A DNA stretch of 64,000 bases from Eledone cirrhosa (taxonomy: Eukaryota): contig OZ024754.1 in NCBI GenBank assembly GCA_964016885.1, positions 24,614,001-24,678,000 on the forward strand, read 5' to 3'. Position 1 is the stretch's first letter, and each line of letters starts with the position of its first letter. The position numbers and the translations under genes were made by a program. Shown here in pieces: positions 42,433 to 56,652 of this stretch. A model generated the notes under the pieces. The model searched no databases. It saw nothing but the letters and a program-made list of their open reading frames with translations, and was not told the origin of the DNA.

Positions 42433-43693
42433 GTTCTAGATGTGCCGCCATCTGTGTCACATTATCTGCCAGTATTGGGTGTTAAGGTAGACTAGAGGTA
42501 AACGGGGAGTTCTAGATGTGCCGCCATCTGTGTCACATTATCTGCCAGTATTGGGTGTTAAGATAGACTAGCGGAGAACGGGGAGTTCTAGATGTGCCGC
42601 CATCTGTGTCACATTATCTGCCAGTATTGGGTGTTAAGGTAGACTAGAGGAGAACGGGGAGTTCTAGATGTGCCGCCATCTGTGTCACATTATCTGCTAG
42701 TATTGGGTGTTAAGATAGACTAGAGGAGAACGGGGAGTTCTAGAGGTGCCGCCATCTGTGTCACATTATCTGCCAGTATTGGGTGTTAAGGTAGACTAGA
42801 GGAGAACGGGGAGTTCTAGAGGTGCCGCCATCTGTGTCACATTATCTGCCAGTATTGGGTGTTAAGATAGACTAGAGGAGAACGGGGAGTTCTAGATGTG
42901 CCGCCATCTGTGTCACATTATCTGCCAGTATTGGGTGTTAAGATAGACTAGAGGAGAACGGGGAGTTCTAGATGTGCCGCCATCTGTGTCACATTATCTG
43001 CCAGTATTGGGTGTTAAGATAGACTAGAGGAGAACGGGGAGTTCTAGATGTGCCGCCATCTGTGTCACATTATCTGCCAGTATTGGGTGTTAAGATAGAC
43101 TAGTGGAGAACGGGGAGTTCTAGATGTGCCGCCATCTGTGTCACATTATCTGCCAGTATTGGGTGTTAAGATAGACTAGTGGAGAACGGGGAGTTCTAGA
43201 TGTGCCGCCATCTGTGTCACATTATCTGCCAGTATTGGGTGTTAAGGTAGACTAGAGGAGAACGGGGAGTTCTAGATGTGCCGCCATCTGTGTCACATTA
43301 TCTGCCAGTATTGGGTGTTAAGATAGACTAGAGGAGAACGGGGAGTTCTAGATGTGCCGCCATCTGTGTCACATTATCTGCCAGTATTGGGTGTTAAGAT
43401 AGACTAGAGGAGAACGGGGAGTTCTAGATGTGCCGCCATCTGTGTCACATTATCTGCCAGTATTGGGTGTTAAGATAGACTAGAGGAGAACGGGGAGTTC
43501 TAGATGTGCCGCCATCTGTGTCACATTATCTGCCAGTATTGGGTGTTAAGATAGACTAGTGGAGAACGGGGAGTTCTAGATGTGCCGCCATCTGTGTCAC
43601 ATTATCTGCCAGTATTGGGTGTTAAGATAGACTAGTGGAGAACGGGGAGTTCTAGATGTGCCGCCATCTGTGTCACATTATCTGCCAGTATTG
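42433..43693. repeat. 76-bp minisatellite, ~16.5 near-identical copies
   Basis: Unit GTTCTAGATGTGCCGCCATCTGTGTCACATTATCTGCCAGTATTGGGTGTTAAGATAGACTAGAGGAGAACGGGGA. Confidence 0.97.
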
Positions 43694-43739
43694 AGACATA
43701 CCTGAATCACTATCTCCATATGCGATGTACGGGCTGACA

Positions 43740-43893
43740 ACATACATACACACACACACACACACACGCACACACACATATATATATATATACATATACA
43801 TACACAAACACATATGAATATACATATATATGTATATATACATACACACATACATACATAGATAGAAACAGACACACACTCACACACACAAAC

Positions 43894-43926
<33 letters not shown>

Positions 43927-44540
43927 AGTGCATGTGTGTGTGCTATGTATGCATATATGTATGTATGTATATGTATATGTGTGTGTGTATATATATATAT
44001 GTGTGCGTATATGTATATAAATATATATATATATATATGTGTGTATATATATATATATATATTTATATATGTGTGTGTGCGTGTGTCTGGATGGAAAAGA
44101 AAGATCAAATGAAGAACAAGAAAACTAACCTTTGTTTCCGGGTTGATAATTAATTGGTGGTGGTGGTGGTGGTGGTGGTGGTGGCGGCGGTGGCGGCGGC
44201 GGCGGCGGTGGTGGCGGTGGTAGCGGCGGAGGCGGCGGTGGTGGCGGTGGTGGTGGTGGTGGTGGTGGCTTCTTCCTTGTCATACAAATCAAAGCCAGTT
44301 AATGTTGTGACAAAGATAACGGAGAAACCGGAAGAAGCAGTCAGGCCGTTACCTTTGGCACCATAACAACAACAACGATAACAGAATCAACAACATCAAC
44401 AGTAACAGCAACAACAGTAACAACAACATCAACTGTAACAACAACAGTAACAACACCAGCAGTAACAACACCAACAGCAACATCAACAGTAACAACAACA
44501 ATAGCAACAACAACAGCAACATCAACAGTAACAACAACAA
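43740..44540. repeat. Compound microsatellites (CA/TA/TG, GGT/GGC, AAC)
   Basis: Direct reading. Confidence 0.9.
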
Positions 44541-45042
44541 ACGATTGCTGTCTCTTATTGATTCTTCATCGTCATCCCATCCGCGTCCATGACTTCTTAG
44601 ATGTCTTCTTAGAACAGAAGAGATTTGTGCTTTCCACAGGACCGGTGGAGTCACCCTGTGGGACACAATCTTTATGTACCACCATGTGTTTGTTTTTTTA
44701 GTCCGGAACTAGTTCTACACACTTTGTTGCATATCACGCACGTTGTTTCGCCAGGTCTTTGTTGAGTGGTGTTGCAGCTGGTTATCCTTTCATGTGACTT
44801 CAGGTAATTAACATAACCAGCTTTTGAGAGGGGTACGTTGACAGAAATTGCATCAAGACTGAGCACAGCCCTTCCGGGGTTGACGCTTCAGTTATATACG
44901 TTCTAGACGACATTCCTAAACAGTTTTGCAATTGCCCTTTATGCGCTTTCTCCACTCAGCCCTATTTAGAGCTATCTCTTCCCAGTTGTTTATATAGAAT
45001 GCCAGCTCTTTGAAGTTGTTCTTGATGCTGTCTTTGTACCTC
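44541..45042 (-). mobile_element. 3' fragment of an RTE-clade LINE with C2H2-like C-terminus and (GTT)n-like tail
   Basis: RYKDSIKNNFKEL...WEEIALNRAEWR; CVICNKVCRTSSGLK. Confidence 0.75.
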
Positions 45043-45102
45043 ATACATACATACATACATACATACATACATACATACATACATACATACATACATACAT
45101 AC

Positions 45103-48100
45103 ATGTGAGTGACAGACCATACAACACCAGAATCAGTAAAGAACCCACTAAATTGGAATTGGAAGCGGTGAACGAAATAGCTGGCAATCATCTGAAGGCT
45201 ATACGATCTAAAGGTGTAGAAACGACATTTGAAACGCTTAATATTTTGTTATATATTTCAGCTGTCACATTGCTATCATATAACACACATCTAAAACCAC
45301 GCAATCAAGATACAAACAGAAAGCCTGAACCAGCGTGGATGCGAAATTTAAAATCCAAAATTTTGTCCCTGAGACGAAGTATCTCACACATCGCAGTCGT
45401 TATGAAATGCAACATAGAGAGCAACTTCACACGACACCAGGAAGACCTAAAAAAAAGTTAGAGAGACGATTTGGAGATACAAAATTTAAAACTTTGAACT
45501 CCAAATTACACCAGTTGAAACAACAACTCACAGCTACTAAAATATAAGTCAACAGCACATAAACGACAAGTGCTAAATAGATTGTTTGCCAGAGATCCTA
45601 AATCAGTTTATCGCAGCTTCGGTGGCAAAAGCTCAATCCCTGTAAATGACACCCCTTCAAAAGTTGAGAGCTACTGGAGATCTGTATGGGAAACGGATGA
45701 CGGATTCAACAGACAAACTAATTGGCTAAAAGAACTGGAACAGGACTACTGCCAACATGTCCAGACAAAACAATATGACATAGATGGGTCAATACTGGAA
45801 ACAGCTCTACAGAAAATGTCGAATAGGAAATCACTAGGCCCAGACCTCATTACAGGATACTGGTTGAAGAATTTCACTTTCTATCGGCAAGATCTCATAC
45901 GGCTGTTTACAGAAACCATTAAGGGCACACAAGAACTTCCCAGATGGTTATCAACTGCCACTACTCTCCTCATTCCCCAAAATAGCCAAACCACCCTTGC
46001 TAAAAATTACCGCCCAATAGCCTGCCAAAACATCATGTATAAATTATATACTGGGTGCCTTAACCTATTCTTACAAGATCACTGTGCTACCAACAACATC
46101 ATAACACCTGAGCAAGCTGGTGGAAAGAGGAAGGTGTGGGGTTGCATAGATCACCTACTAACTAATAAAATGATTCAGGAAAGAACAACAAAGAATCGCA
46201 GAAACATGACTGTGATGTGGCTGGACTATCAAAAAGCATTTGATAGTGTACCTCATGGGTGGATTATTAAGGCTTTACAGTTAGCCAAAGTCCCACAACC
46301 ATTGGTAGCTGCTGTTGAACGCCTGACCAAGAACTGAGGTGAGAAGGAGCAAGTTAAGACTGATAAGATACATTACCAGAAGGGCATCTTTCAGGGTGAT
46401 AGCTTGTCAGTGGTACTCTTCGTTCTCTCACTGAATCCACCTATCTTACCTACTCAGGAAACAAGGTGGACAAAGAAGTGGGTCCAGAAGTATATCCCAT
46501 CTTTTCTTTGTTGATGATCTTAAGTTGTATGGGCCAAATATCAATGACATCAAGAAACAATTGGACCTCATTACACAATTTTCAACCGACATCAAAATGA
46601 AATTTGGTGAGTCCAAGTATGCATATTTGGCAGTAAAACGTGGAAGAGCTGTGCCCTCCTCTAGAAATCTAGAGATGAACGGCCTGACAATACAACCTCT
46701 ACAGTCAGGTGACAACTACAGATATCTTGGACAGGATGAGAATGTCAAATATGATGGACCCATAAATAAGAAGAGAACCAGAACTGAATACCTCAGAAGA
46801 GTAAAGAAAATATGGTCATCAGAACTGTCAGCGTACAACAAATACATTGCCCACAATACTTATGCTGTGCCAATTCTAACGCCAACATTTGGCCTACTGA
46901 ACTGGTCATTGCAAGAACTAAGTGAGATGGATGTTAGAACTCGCAAACTTCTCAGTGTTACTGGGAACTTTAACATCAATGGTGATGTGGATAGGCTATA
47001 CTTCTCACGCAAGGAAGGTGGCCGGGGTCTAAAATCAATATTAACAACATATGAGACCCGGATAGTAACACTGAAGCAACACCTTCAACAGAGGAAAAAG
47101 GTTGGCAACCATCTTGCCCAGGTTTATGAGCATGAACAAAAAATATCATTAGAATAGCGACTGATCTGGAGGAGAGATATGGAATAAAGCCTGATATAAA
47201 TCTCTCACCCAGAGAAATCGGAAGATCCTATTCAATGTTCAAACAAGATAAAAAAATTGACCAATTTACAGAAAAAGTTGTGCATGGATACTTGAGACGT
47301 AAAACACAGACCATAGAGGGGATAAACCACTCAAAAAGCCTGGCATGGAGTTCCGACAAGTTTATGACATCACACCTTGAGGGATATCTCTATGCAATAC
47401 AGGAACAAGAACTCCCTACCAAATATCTGCTGCACAAAAGAGGAGGGCCAGCAGCTGACAATAAATGTAGGCTATGTAAAACAAAGATCGAGGATGTAAG
47501 CCACATTGTTGCCAGCTGCGAAAGAATGTCATCTCGCTACTACCTCCCCATGAGACACGATGGGATAGCTAGAACCATCTGGAACGCACTTCGGAAAACA
47601 AAATTAACAACAAACGAGGAAGAATATATTGAGACAGATGGCACTAAGGAATACTGGTGGAACCTGAAAATAAAAACTGCCACCAAATTAAAGCACAACC
47701 GGCCTGATATTGTAGTTTGGGACCACACATTGAAAACGTGTTCTGTTGTGGAGATCAGCTGCCCACTTGATGTAAACGTTGTCAGAAAAATACAGAAGGA
47801 GGACATCTACGGACCATTGATGAGGAGTTTACAAATCCAGTATCCAAGATACACCTTTAGCTTCATACCCATCATTATTGGAGCTACGGGTTATATACCA
47901 ACCCGCTTGGACCAAAGTATGACTGAACTTGGATTTGCGGACAAAAAGCGCAGCTCCTTAATTCATAGTCTACAAATGGCTTCGATAGCTGGCACCTTCA
48001 ACATTTGCAAAACATTCTTGCGATTCAAGGGATGACAATTTCTTTTCTTTTACAACTTTGCCACCAGAAAGGTGGCCGGTCAAAAAAATATACTCGAAAT

Positions 48101-48116
48101 TAAGAGAAAGAGAAAA
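45103..48116 (+). mobile_element. R4/Dong-like RLE non-LTR retrotransposon copy 1, 5'-truncated and degenerate, in (CATA)n
   Basis: RT motifs NYRPIAC, WLDYQKAFDSVPH, QGDSLS, FVDDLK; C-terminal CRLC..HIVASC, RHD, RPDIVVWD, EISCP; several frameshifts and small deletions. Confidence 0.92.
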
Positions 48117-48136
48117 CATACATACATACATACAAA

Positions 48137-49872
48137 ATGGCTGCCCTCTCGTTATCGTGTATGACCATTGCACAATAGAAAAAAAAGAACACACATATAT
48201 ATTAATAAGTATCGGTGTGATCGAATGTGGCTTTGTAGCCCAAGCAATGATCTAAAATGGCTTGCACAGAGTTGGCAACCAAAACATTCACTGGTCATAT
48301 CCGGCTGTGGTTTGATTTCATGTACTTTTGCATGTCGTTTGAGCCCCCTGCTGATCTACACTCTCTTCCACATGCTCGGCAGGTATGATGAGCAGCATCT
48401 CCGACAGCAGCCTGGTAGTCAACCACTGGCCTCACTTTATGACTGCGAAGATGACTTTCGAGTCCAGCTTTGCTGAGGCAGAGTCTTGCACAGACGCTGC
48501 ATATCAGCGCCATAGGACGACCTTCGCTGTCTGGAAATGTAACAGCAATGCCCTTCCTCACATCCCTTTTTACTTTCTCGTATGTGATTCGAGATGCCTC
48601 AAAAGCAACTTTCCCCTCATGTACAGTCTTACTCCATTTATTACGATCAGTAGCTACGCTTTCTGATGTATCAGCAGAGCTATTAGCGTCTTTCAAGGAG
48701 GTTTCGACGAATCCTTATACCACTTTTTTGGTTTATGTGGAGGCCGTTTTCGTTTAACTATCTCTCCACAAAAGAGTTGTTTTGGTATTCTAGAATCCTT
48801 CATCCTGGCAAGGTGAACACTCCATCGGTCTCCTTGACCGCACAAGAGCTTCTATACACAGAGAGCTTTCCAAAATCTCGGCATCACTGATGTGGTCCCT
48901 CCAGTGAACGCCATAGATCCGTCTGAGACACATCTGATAGAAACCCTCCAACTATTTAAGGTAGTGTTGATATGTGACCCAGGTCTCGCATGCATAAAGA
49001 AAAGAAGAGAGTACTCACGCCTTGTACACATTTACTTTTGTCTTCTTGCATATGTCTCGCCGATCCCAGAGGTGCCTTTCTAGCTTTCCGAAAGCTTCAC
49101 TTGCTTTCCTAATCCTGAGTGGAATTTCATCATTAAGATTGCTGTATCGATTGACAATGCTTCCCAGATAGTCAAACTGATCAACCACTCCAAGTCGTTT
49201 ACCATACACATAGATATTTGCTTCACTGTATTGCTTACCAGGGGCAGGTTGGTACATGACAATGGTTTTCTTGAAACTGAAAGTCAATCCTAGGGCAGTG
49301 CAAGCATCAGAAAATGCATTCAAAATATGCTGCATATCAATCTCTATGTGTGCTACAAGAACACAATCATCTGCATACAAGAGGTCTGTTATGATAGAGG
49401 TAAATACTTTTGTTTTTGCAGCAAAGCACTTGATGTTAAAGATACTGCCAGAGATTTGATAGTAGATGTAAACACCATGCTTGCAATTCCTGAATGCAAT
49501 ATAGAAATCTATCGCAAAGTATATGGCAAATAGAGTCGGTGCTGGAATATCTCCCTGTTTCACTCCATTTTTCACTGAGATAGGCTCCGTCATGTTACCT
49601 CTGACATTAACCTAAGCCTTCATGTCGTCATGGAAAGACCTAACCAAGTTTCTGGAGAACCTTCCACAATACATCTTTGTTCTTGGAATTTGATGCAGCT
49701 TGTATCTCATCAGCCTTCTCACTCCACCACTTATTCTTCATCTGACTTCACATCCTTGAGTTCCTTATGCAACATATTCTCCTGTGGCTTTGCTGCCAAG
49801 TAGCGTGACAGAGCACGCCTCTTATCAGCCAACAATTCGTCTATATGTTCATCATTTTCTTTAAACCAGTCT
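48137..49872 (-). mobile_element. Decayed RTE (BovB-like) LINE with C-terminal C2H2 fingers and (TATG)n tail
   Basis: GVKQGDIPAPTLF, LLYADD, FDYLGS; CSVCARLCLSKAGLESHLRSH; 3' end shared with 50262 and 53845. Confidence 0.87.
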
Positions 49873-50030
49873 AATGAAAGAGATACAACTCTCTGCTCCC
49901 ACCACCACACTTACGTCCACTTCCTCCCCACCACCACATTTACACTCACACAAGTCAATCCCCAAACTATTTTTAGACTAAAGTCACTGACCTTGCAACA
50001 TACATACATACACACACATAGACACGCACG

Positions 50031-50132
<102 letters not shown>

Positions 50133-50261
50133 AATGTACATACATATATACATTCATTCATACATGCATACATACATACATACATTTGAAATTACAAGTA
50201 CAATCCATTAATGGCAAAAATTTGTGAAATTATAAAACCAGAACATACATATATACATACA

Positions 50262-50580
50262 TGATGGCTGCCCCCTCGTTATCGAGTATGGCCATTGCAC
50301 TATATACCATTATTAATAATTATTAATCAATTCTATCGTGCAAAGCCTGTGCATGAAGATATTTTTTAAAGTGAGGAAAGACTGTGCACTGAGCCAATCC
50401 CACTCTCTGAGCGACAGTAGCTATAACCCGAAAAGAAGAAAAGATCAACATCATCGGTAACTACTGAGCCGCAGGTTTTATATCAGGGTTATCCCAGTTT
50501 CTTGAGTTGCATTCTCCTAGAAGAATGCCCTGACAAAGTCTAGGGGTCGTTCACTCCCAGTGGTTTAATCGCGCGGTACA
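50262..50580 (-). mobile_element. Short non-autonomous RTE-derived element with (TATG)n tail
   Basis: TGGCTGCCCCCTCGTTATCGAGTATGGCCATTGCAC matches the RTE 3' end at 48137; interior is distantly similar to 53845-54452. Confidence 0.65.
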
Positions 50581-50700
50581 TGTGTATATACATATTTACA
50601 CACTTTCGGATGACCGTTGATACATACATACATACATACATACATACATACATACATACATACATACATACATACATACATACATACATACATACATACA

Positions 50701-53700
50701 AACAGAGCACCAAAAACTTGTGGGCTCCCTACAAGTGATATGGAACGATATGTTTCAAGAGATACACAGCCTTAATGTGAGTGACAGACCATACAACACT
50801 AGAGTCAGTAAAGAACCCACTAAATTGGAATTGGAAGCGGTGAACGAAATAGCTGGCAATCATCTGAAGGCTATACGATCTAAAGGTGTAGAAACGACAT
50901 TTGAAACGCTTAATGTTTTGTTATATGTTTCAGCTGTCACATTGCTATCATATAACACACATCTAAAACCACGCAATCAAGATACAAACAGAAAGCCTGA
51001 ACCAGCGTGGATGCGAAATTTAAAATCCAAAATTTTGTCCCTGAGACGAAGTATCTCACACATCGCAGTCGTTATGAAATGCAACATAGAGAGCAACTTC
51101 ACACGACACCAGGAAGACCTAAAGAAAAAGTTAGAGAGACGATTTGGAGATACAAAATTTAAAACTTTGAACTCCAAATTACACCAGTTGAAACAACTCA
51201 CAGCTACAACAGAAAGACTAAAATATAAGTCAACAGCACATAAACGACAAGTGCTAAATAGATTGTTTGCCAGAGATCCTAAATCAGTTTATCGCAGCTT
51301 CGGTAGCAAAAGCTCAATCTCTATAAATGACACCCCTTCAAAAGAACAGGTTGAGAGCTACTGGAGATATGTATGGGAAACGGATGATGGATTCAACAGA
51401 CAAGCTAATTGGCTAAAAGAACTGGAACAGGACTACTGCCAACATGTCCAGACAAAACAATATGACATAGATGGGTCAATACTGGAAACAGCTCTACAGA
51501 AAATGTCGAATAGGAAATCGCCAGGCCCAGACCTCATTACAGGATACTGGTTGAAGAATTTCACTTTCTATCGGCAAGATCTCATAGGTCTGTTTACAGA
51601 AACCATTAAGGGCACACAAGAACTGCCCAGATGGTTATCAACTGCCTCTACTCTCCTCATTCCCCAAAATAGCCAAAACCACCCTTGCTAAAAATTACCG
51701 CCCAATTGCCTGCCAAAACATCATGTATAAATTATATACTGGGTGCCTTAACCTGTTCTTACAGGATCACTGTGCTACCAACAACATCATAACACCTGAG
51801 CAAGCTGGTGGAAAGAGGGAGGTGTGGGGTTGCATAGATCACCTACTAACTAACAAAATGATTCAGGAAAAAACAACAAAGAGTCGCAGAAACATGACTG
51901 TCGTGTGGCTGGACTATCAAAAAGCATTTGATAGTGTACCTCATGGGTGGATTGTTAAGGCTTTACAGTTAGCTAAAGTCCCACAACCATTGGTAGCTGC
52001 TGTTGAACGCCTGACCAAGAACTGGTACACCAGTTTGATCCTTAGAGGTGAGAAGGAGCAGGTTAAGACTGATAAGATACATTACCAGAAGGGCATCTTT
52101 CAGGGTGATAGCTTGTCAGTGCTACTCTTCGTTCTCTCACTGAATCCACTATCTTACCTACTCAGGAAACAAGGTGGACAAAGAAGTGGGCCCAGAAGTA
52201 TCTCCCATCTTTTCTTTGTTGATGACCTGAAGTTGTATGGGCCAAATATCAATGACATCAAGAAACAATTGGACCTCATTACACAATTTTCAACCGACAT
52301 CAAAATGAAATTTGGTGAGTCCAAGTGTGCATATTTGGCAGTAAAACGTGGAAGAGCTGTGCCCTCCTCTAGAAATCTAGGGATGAACGGCCTGACAATA
52401 CAACCTCTGCAGTCAGGTGACAACTACAGATATCTTGGACAGGATGAGAATGTCAGATATGATGGACCCATAAATAAGGAGAGAACCAGAACTGAATACC
52501 TCAGAAGAGTAAAGAAAATATGGTCATCAGAACTGTCAGCATACAACAAATACATTGCCCACAATACTTATGCTGTGCCAATTCTAACGCCAACATTTGG
52601 CCTACTGAACTGGTCATTGCAAGAACTAAGTGAGATGGATGTTAGAACTCGAAAACTTCTCAGTGTTACTGGGAACTTTAACATCAATGGTGATGTGGAT
52701 AGGCTATACTTCTCACGCAAGGAAGGTGGCCGGGGTCTAAAATCAATATTAACAACATATGAGACCCGGATAGTAACACTGAAGCAACACCTTCAACAGA
52801 GGAAAAAGGTTGGCAACCATCTTGCCCAGGTTTATGACCATGAAAAAAGAAATATCATTAGAATAGCGACTGATCTGAAGGAGAGATATGGAATAAAGCC
52901 TGATATAAATCTCTCACCCAGAGAAATCGGAAGATCCTATTCAATGTTCAAACAAGATTAAAAAATTGACCAATTTACAGAAAAAGTTGTGCATGGATAC
53001 TTGAGGCGTAAAACACAGACCATAGAGGGGATAAACCACTCAAAAAGCCTGGCATGGAGTTCCGACAAGTTTATGACATCACACCTTGAGGGATATCTCT
53101 ATGCAATACAGGAACAAGAACTCCCTACCAAATATCTGCTGCACAAAAGAGGAGGGCCAGCAGCTGACAATAAATGTAGGCTATGTAAAACAAAGATCGA
53201 GGATGTAAGCCACATTGTTGCCAGCTGCGAAAGAATGTCATCTCGCTACTACCTCCCCATGAGACACGATGGGATAGCTAGAACCATCTGGAACGCACTT
53301 CGGAAAACAAAATTAACAACAAACGAGGAAGAATATATTGAGACAGATGGCACTAAGGAATACTGGTGGAACCTGAAAATAAAAACTGCCACTAAATTAA
53401 AGCACAACCGGCCTGATATTGTAGTTTGGGACCACACATTGAAAACGTGTTCTGTTGTGGAGATCAGCTGCCCACTTGATGTAAACGTTGTCAGAAAAAT
53501 ACAGAAGGAGGACATCTACGGACCATTGATGAGGAGTTTACAAATCCAGTATCCAAGATACACCTTTAGCTTCATACCCATCATTATTGGAGCTACGGGT
53601 TATATACCAACCCGCTTGGACCAAAGTATGACTGAACTTGGATTTGCGGACAAAAAGCGCAGCTCCCTAATTCATAGTCTACAAATGGCTGCGATAGCTG

Positions 53701-53825
53701 GCACCTTCAAAATTTGCAAAACATTCTTGCGATTCAAGGGATGACAATTTCTTTTCTTTTACAACCTTGCCACCAGGAAGGTGGCCGGTCAAAAAAATAT
53801 ACTCGAAATTAAGAGAAAGAGAAAA
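50701..53825 (+). mobile_element. R4/Dong-like RLE non-LTR retrotransposon copy 2, 5'-truncated, in (CATA)n
   Basis: ORFs 50720-51691, 51723-52961 and 52989-53744 form one RT+CCHC+RLE frame broken by two frameshifts; near-identical to copy 1. Confidence 0.94.
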
Positions 53826-53844
53826 CATACATACATACATACAT

Positions 53845-55515
53845 GGTGGCTGCCAACTCGTTTTCGAGTACGGCCACTACTTTATATCCATGTAGGAGAA
53901 CCCCTACTGATGCGCTGAACGAGTGTGACTTTTTAGTCCAGCCAGCGACTTGAAAACTCTGGTACAAACACTACACTTGTGACAATTACTGACACATAGT
54001 GCTAGGCCCATGGTACCATGTGACGACAAGTGCAGAGAGATCTCCAGATATAAAGCAATGCCTGTGCCGTGAAGCTTTTATAGTGAGCAAAGGCACTGCA
54101 CAAAGCCAGTCCAACTCTCTTAACCAAGATGATATTTAACAAAAAGAAGAACAAGTCAACATCATTGGATACCATCAGGGTTGCAGGTGTTATATCAGAG
54201 TTTTTCCTTCTCCTAGAATTCTGCCTTGACAACGGCTAAGGGGTCATCTCTCCCGGTGATTTTGGATGGCCATTGACTCTTAAGAGCTCCTTTGCCCTTT
54301 GACAGGTTTTGTTTTTAGTCCTGCAGGATGTCCAAAGTCACCCACCTCACCAAGAAACCTTGGTGAGGTTGCCAGTTTAGTCGCCAACGACCCGACCATG
54401 AGACAGGTTGTACTGAGATACATGTTACCAGTAGCACCAACTGGTGACCTGACATACATACATACATACATACATGGTGGCTGCCAACTCATTTTCGAGT
54501 ACGGCCACTACTTTATATCCATGTAGGAGAACCCCTACTGATGCGCTGAACGATGTGACTTTTCAGCCCAGCCAGCGACTTGAAAACTCTGGTACAAACA
54601 CTACACTTGTGACAATTACTGACACATAGTGCTGGGCCCATGGTACCATGTGACGACAAGTGCAGAGAGATCTCCAGATATAAAGCAATGCCTGTGCCGT
54701 GAAGCTTTTATAGTGAGGAAAGGCACTGCACAAAGCCAGTCCCACTCTCTTAACCAAGATGATATTTACCAAAAAGAAGAACAAGTCAACATCATTGGAT
54801 ACCATCAGGGTTGCAGGTGTTATATCAGAGTTTTCCTTCTCCTAGAATTCTGCCTTGACAAAGGCTAAGGGGGTCATCTCTCCCGGACTTACATATATAC
54901 ATATATATGGTGGCTGCCAACTCGTTTTCGAGTACGGCCACTACTTTATATGTAGGAGAACCCCTACTGATGCGCTGAACGAGTGTGAATTTTTAGTCCA
55001 GCCAGCGACTTGAAAACTCTGGTAGGTACAAACACTACACTTGTGACAATTACTGACACATAGTGCTGGGCCCATGGTACCATGTGATGACAAGTGAAGA
55101 GAGATCTCCAGATATAAAGCAATGCCTGTGCCGTGAAGCTTTTATAGTGAGGAAAGGCACTGCACAAAGCCAGTCCCACTCTCTTAACCAAGATGATATT
55201 TACCAAAAAGAAGAACAAGTCAACATCATTGGATACCATCAGGGTTGCAGGTGTTATATCAGAGTTTTCCTTCTCCTAGAATTCTGCCTTGACAAAGGCT
55301 AAGGGGTCATCTCTCCCGGTGATTTTGGATGGCCATTGACTCTTAAGAGCTCCTTTGCCCTTTGACAGGTTTTGTTTTTAGTCCTGCAGGATGTCCAAAG
55401 TCACCCTCCTCACCAAGAAACCTTGGTGGGGTTGCCAGTTTAGTCGCCAACGACTCGACCATGAGACAGGTTGTACTGGGATACATGTTACCAGTAGCAC
55501 CAACTGGTGACCTGA
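53845..55515 (-). mobile_element. Three tandem copies of a ~610-bp non-autonomous RTE-derived SINE-like element (53845-54452; 54476-54886, 5'-truncated; 54909-55515)
   Basis: Near-identical repeats separated by (CATA)n; 3' end GGTGGCTGCCAACTCGTTTTCGAGTACGGCCA resembles the RTE 3' end at 48137. Confidence 0.82.
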
Positions 55516-55839
55516 CATACATACATACATACATACATGCATACATACATACATACATACATACATACATACATACATACATACATACATACATACATAC
55601 ATACATACATACATAGGTAGAGAGGTTGGCCATAAATGTTAGCTGTCACTAATGTATTGTCCATGTCATGTAATTTATGAGCAGTAAAATATGGCGGCCA
55701 TGAAACTAAGGCGTGGTTGTTTGTTGTTGATATCGCTTCTAAGATAATGACACTACTACATATCTTTATTTAATAATTGACCGTAATGCTTCTGTCATAG
55801 GATTTACCTTGTCACACATTGTGAATGTATATGATACAC

Positions 55840-55879
<40 letters not shown>

Positions 55880-55881
<2 letters not shown>

Positions 55882-56346
55882 CGTTTCTGAATTTGTTTAG
55901 CAAGATTCTTTATCTGAAAACGTGTGTTGAAACCGATATTGTTATGCTTTGGGAGGGTCATGTTGCCAATAAGAAACACACGCACCAGTTGCTTTCACTT
56001 CAATTTATTATAAATTAAATTTATAAATTTCCGGTTGGTTGGTTGGTTCCACAACCAGACGATTGTTCATATATTGTCAAAGTTCTTTCGTCACACATTC
56101 TGTGACCTCTTCGGTGACTGGGGGTTCTTTTCTTTGTTTTTGTGCCTCTCCTTTGTTCGGTCCTACGCCATCTTGTTTAAGAACTTTGACAATATATGAA
56201 CAATCGTCTGGTTGTGGAACCAACCAACCAACCGGAAATTTATAAATTCTTAAATTTATAAATTTAATTTATAATAAATTGAAGTGAAAGCAACTGGTGC
56301 GTGTGTTTCTTATTGGCAACATGACCCTCCCAAAGCATAACAATAT
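55880..56346 (-). mobile_element. Hairpin-plus-tail element, family A, with hammerhead-containing spacer, in (TA)n
   Basis: Tail 55880-55935, arms 55936-56087 and 56179-56346, spacer 56088-56178. Confidence 0.85.
56076..56118 (-). ncRNA. Variant minimal type I hammerhead (U4C, extra G before stem II)
   Basis: GUCA-CCGAAGA-G-GUCACA-GAAUG-UGUGAC-GAAA-GAAC-UU-UGAC. Confidence 0.7.
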
Positions 56347-56652
56347 ATATATACCACAACCACCACAACTACCACAACCACCACAACAACCATCATCACT
56401 ATAACTACCACCTCAACCATCACCACCACATCCATCACCACTTCCTATGCTACGACAACACCATATTAAAATCATTTCCTTTTTCGCCTGCCCCTCTTCC
56501 CCCACTTCTTGTCCTCCTCTCGCTCCACTTCCACCTCCTCCTCCTCCTCCTCCTCCTCCTCCTCCTATTACCATCATACCAGTACCATGGCTGACCACCA
56601 TTACTACAACCACACACGTTATAATAAAGTGTGAAAGCACCTTTTCATGTCC

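Noticed and set aside
42433-43693. Possible CRISPR array
   Set aside because: No unique spacers, no cas genes, eukaryotic context
43673-44666. YI, CV, poly-V/A and poly-L ORFs (similar ones at 29744, 30227, 35288, 49911)
   Set aside because: Microsatellite read-through with no coding signal
55911-55942. CTGAAAA...GAAACCGATA in the family A tail, ending at the arm boundary
   Set aside because: C3-A8 mismatch, poor stems, opposite strand to the better motif at 56076, and not conserved in the 40968 relative
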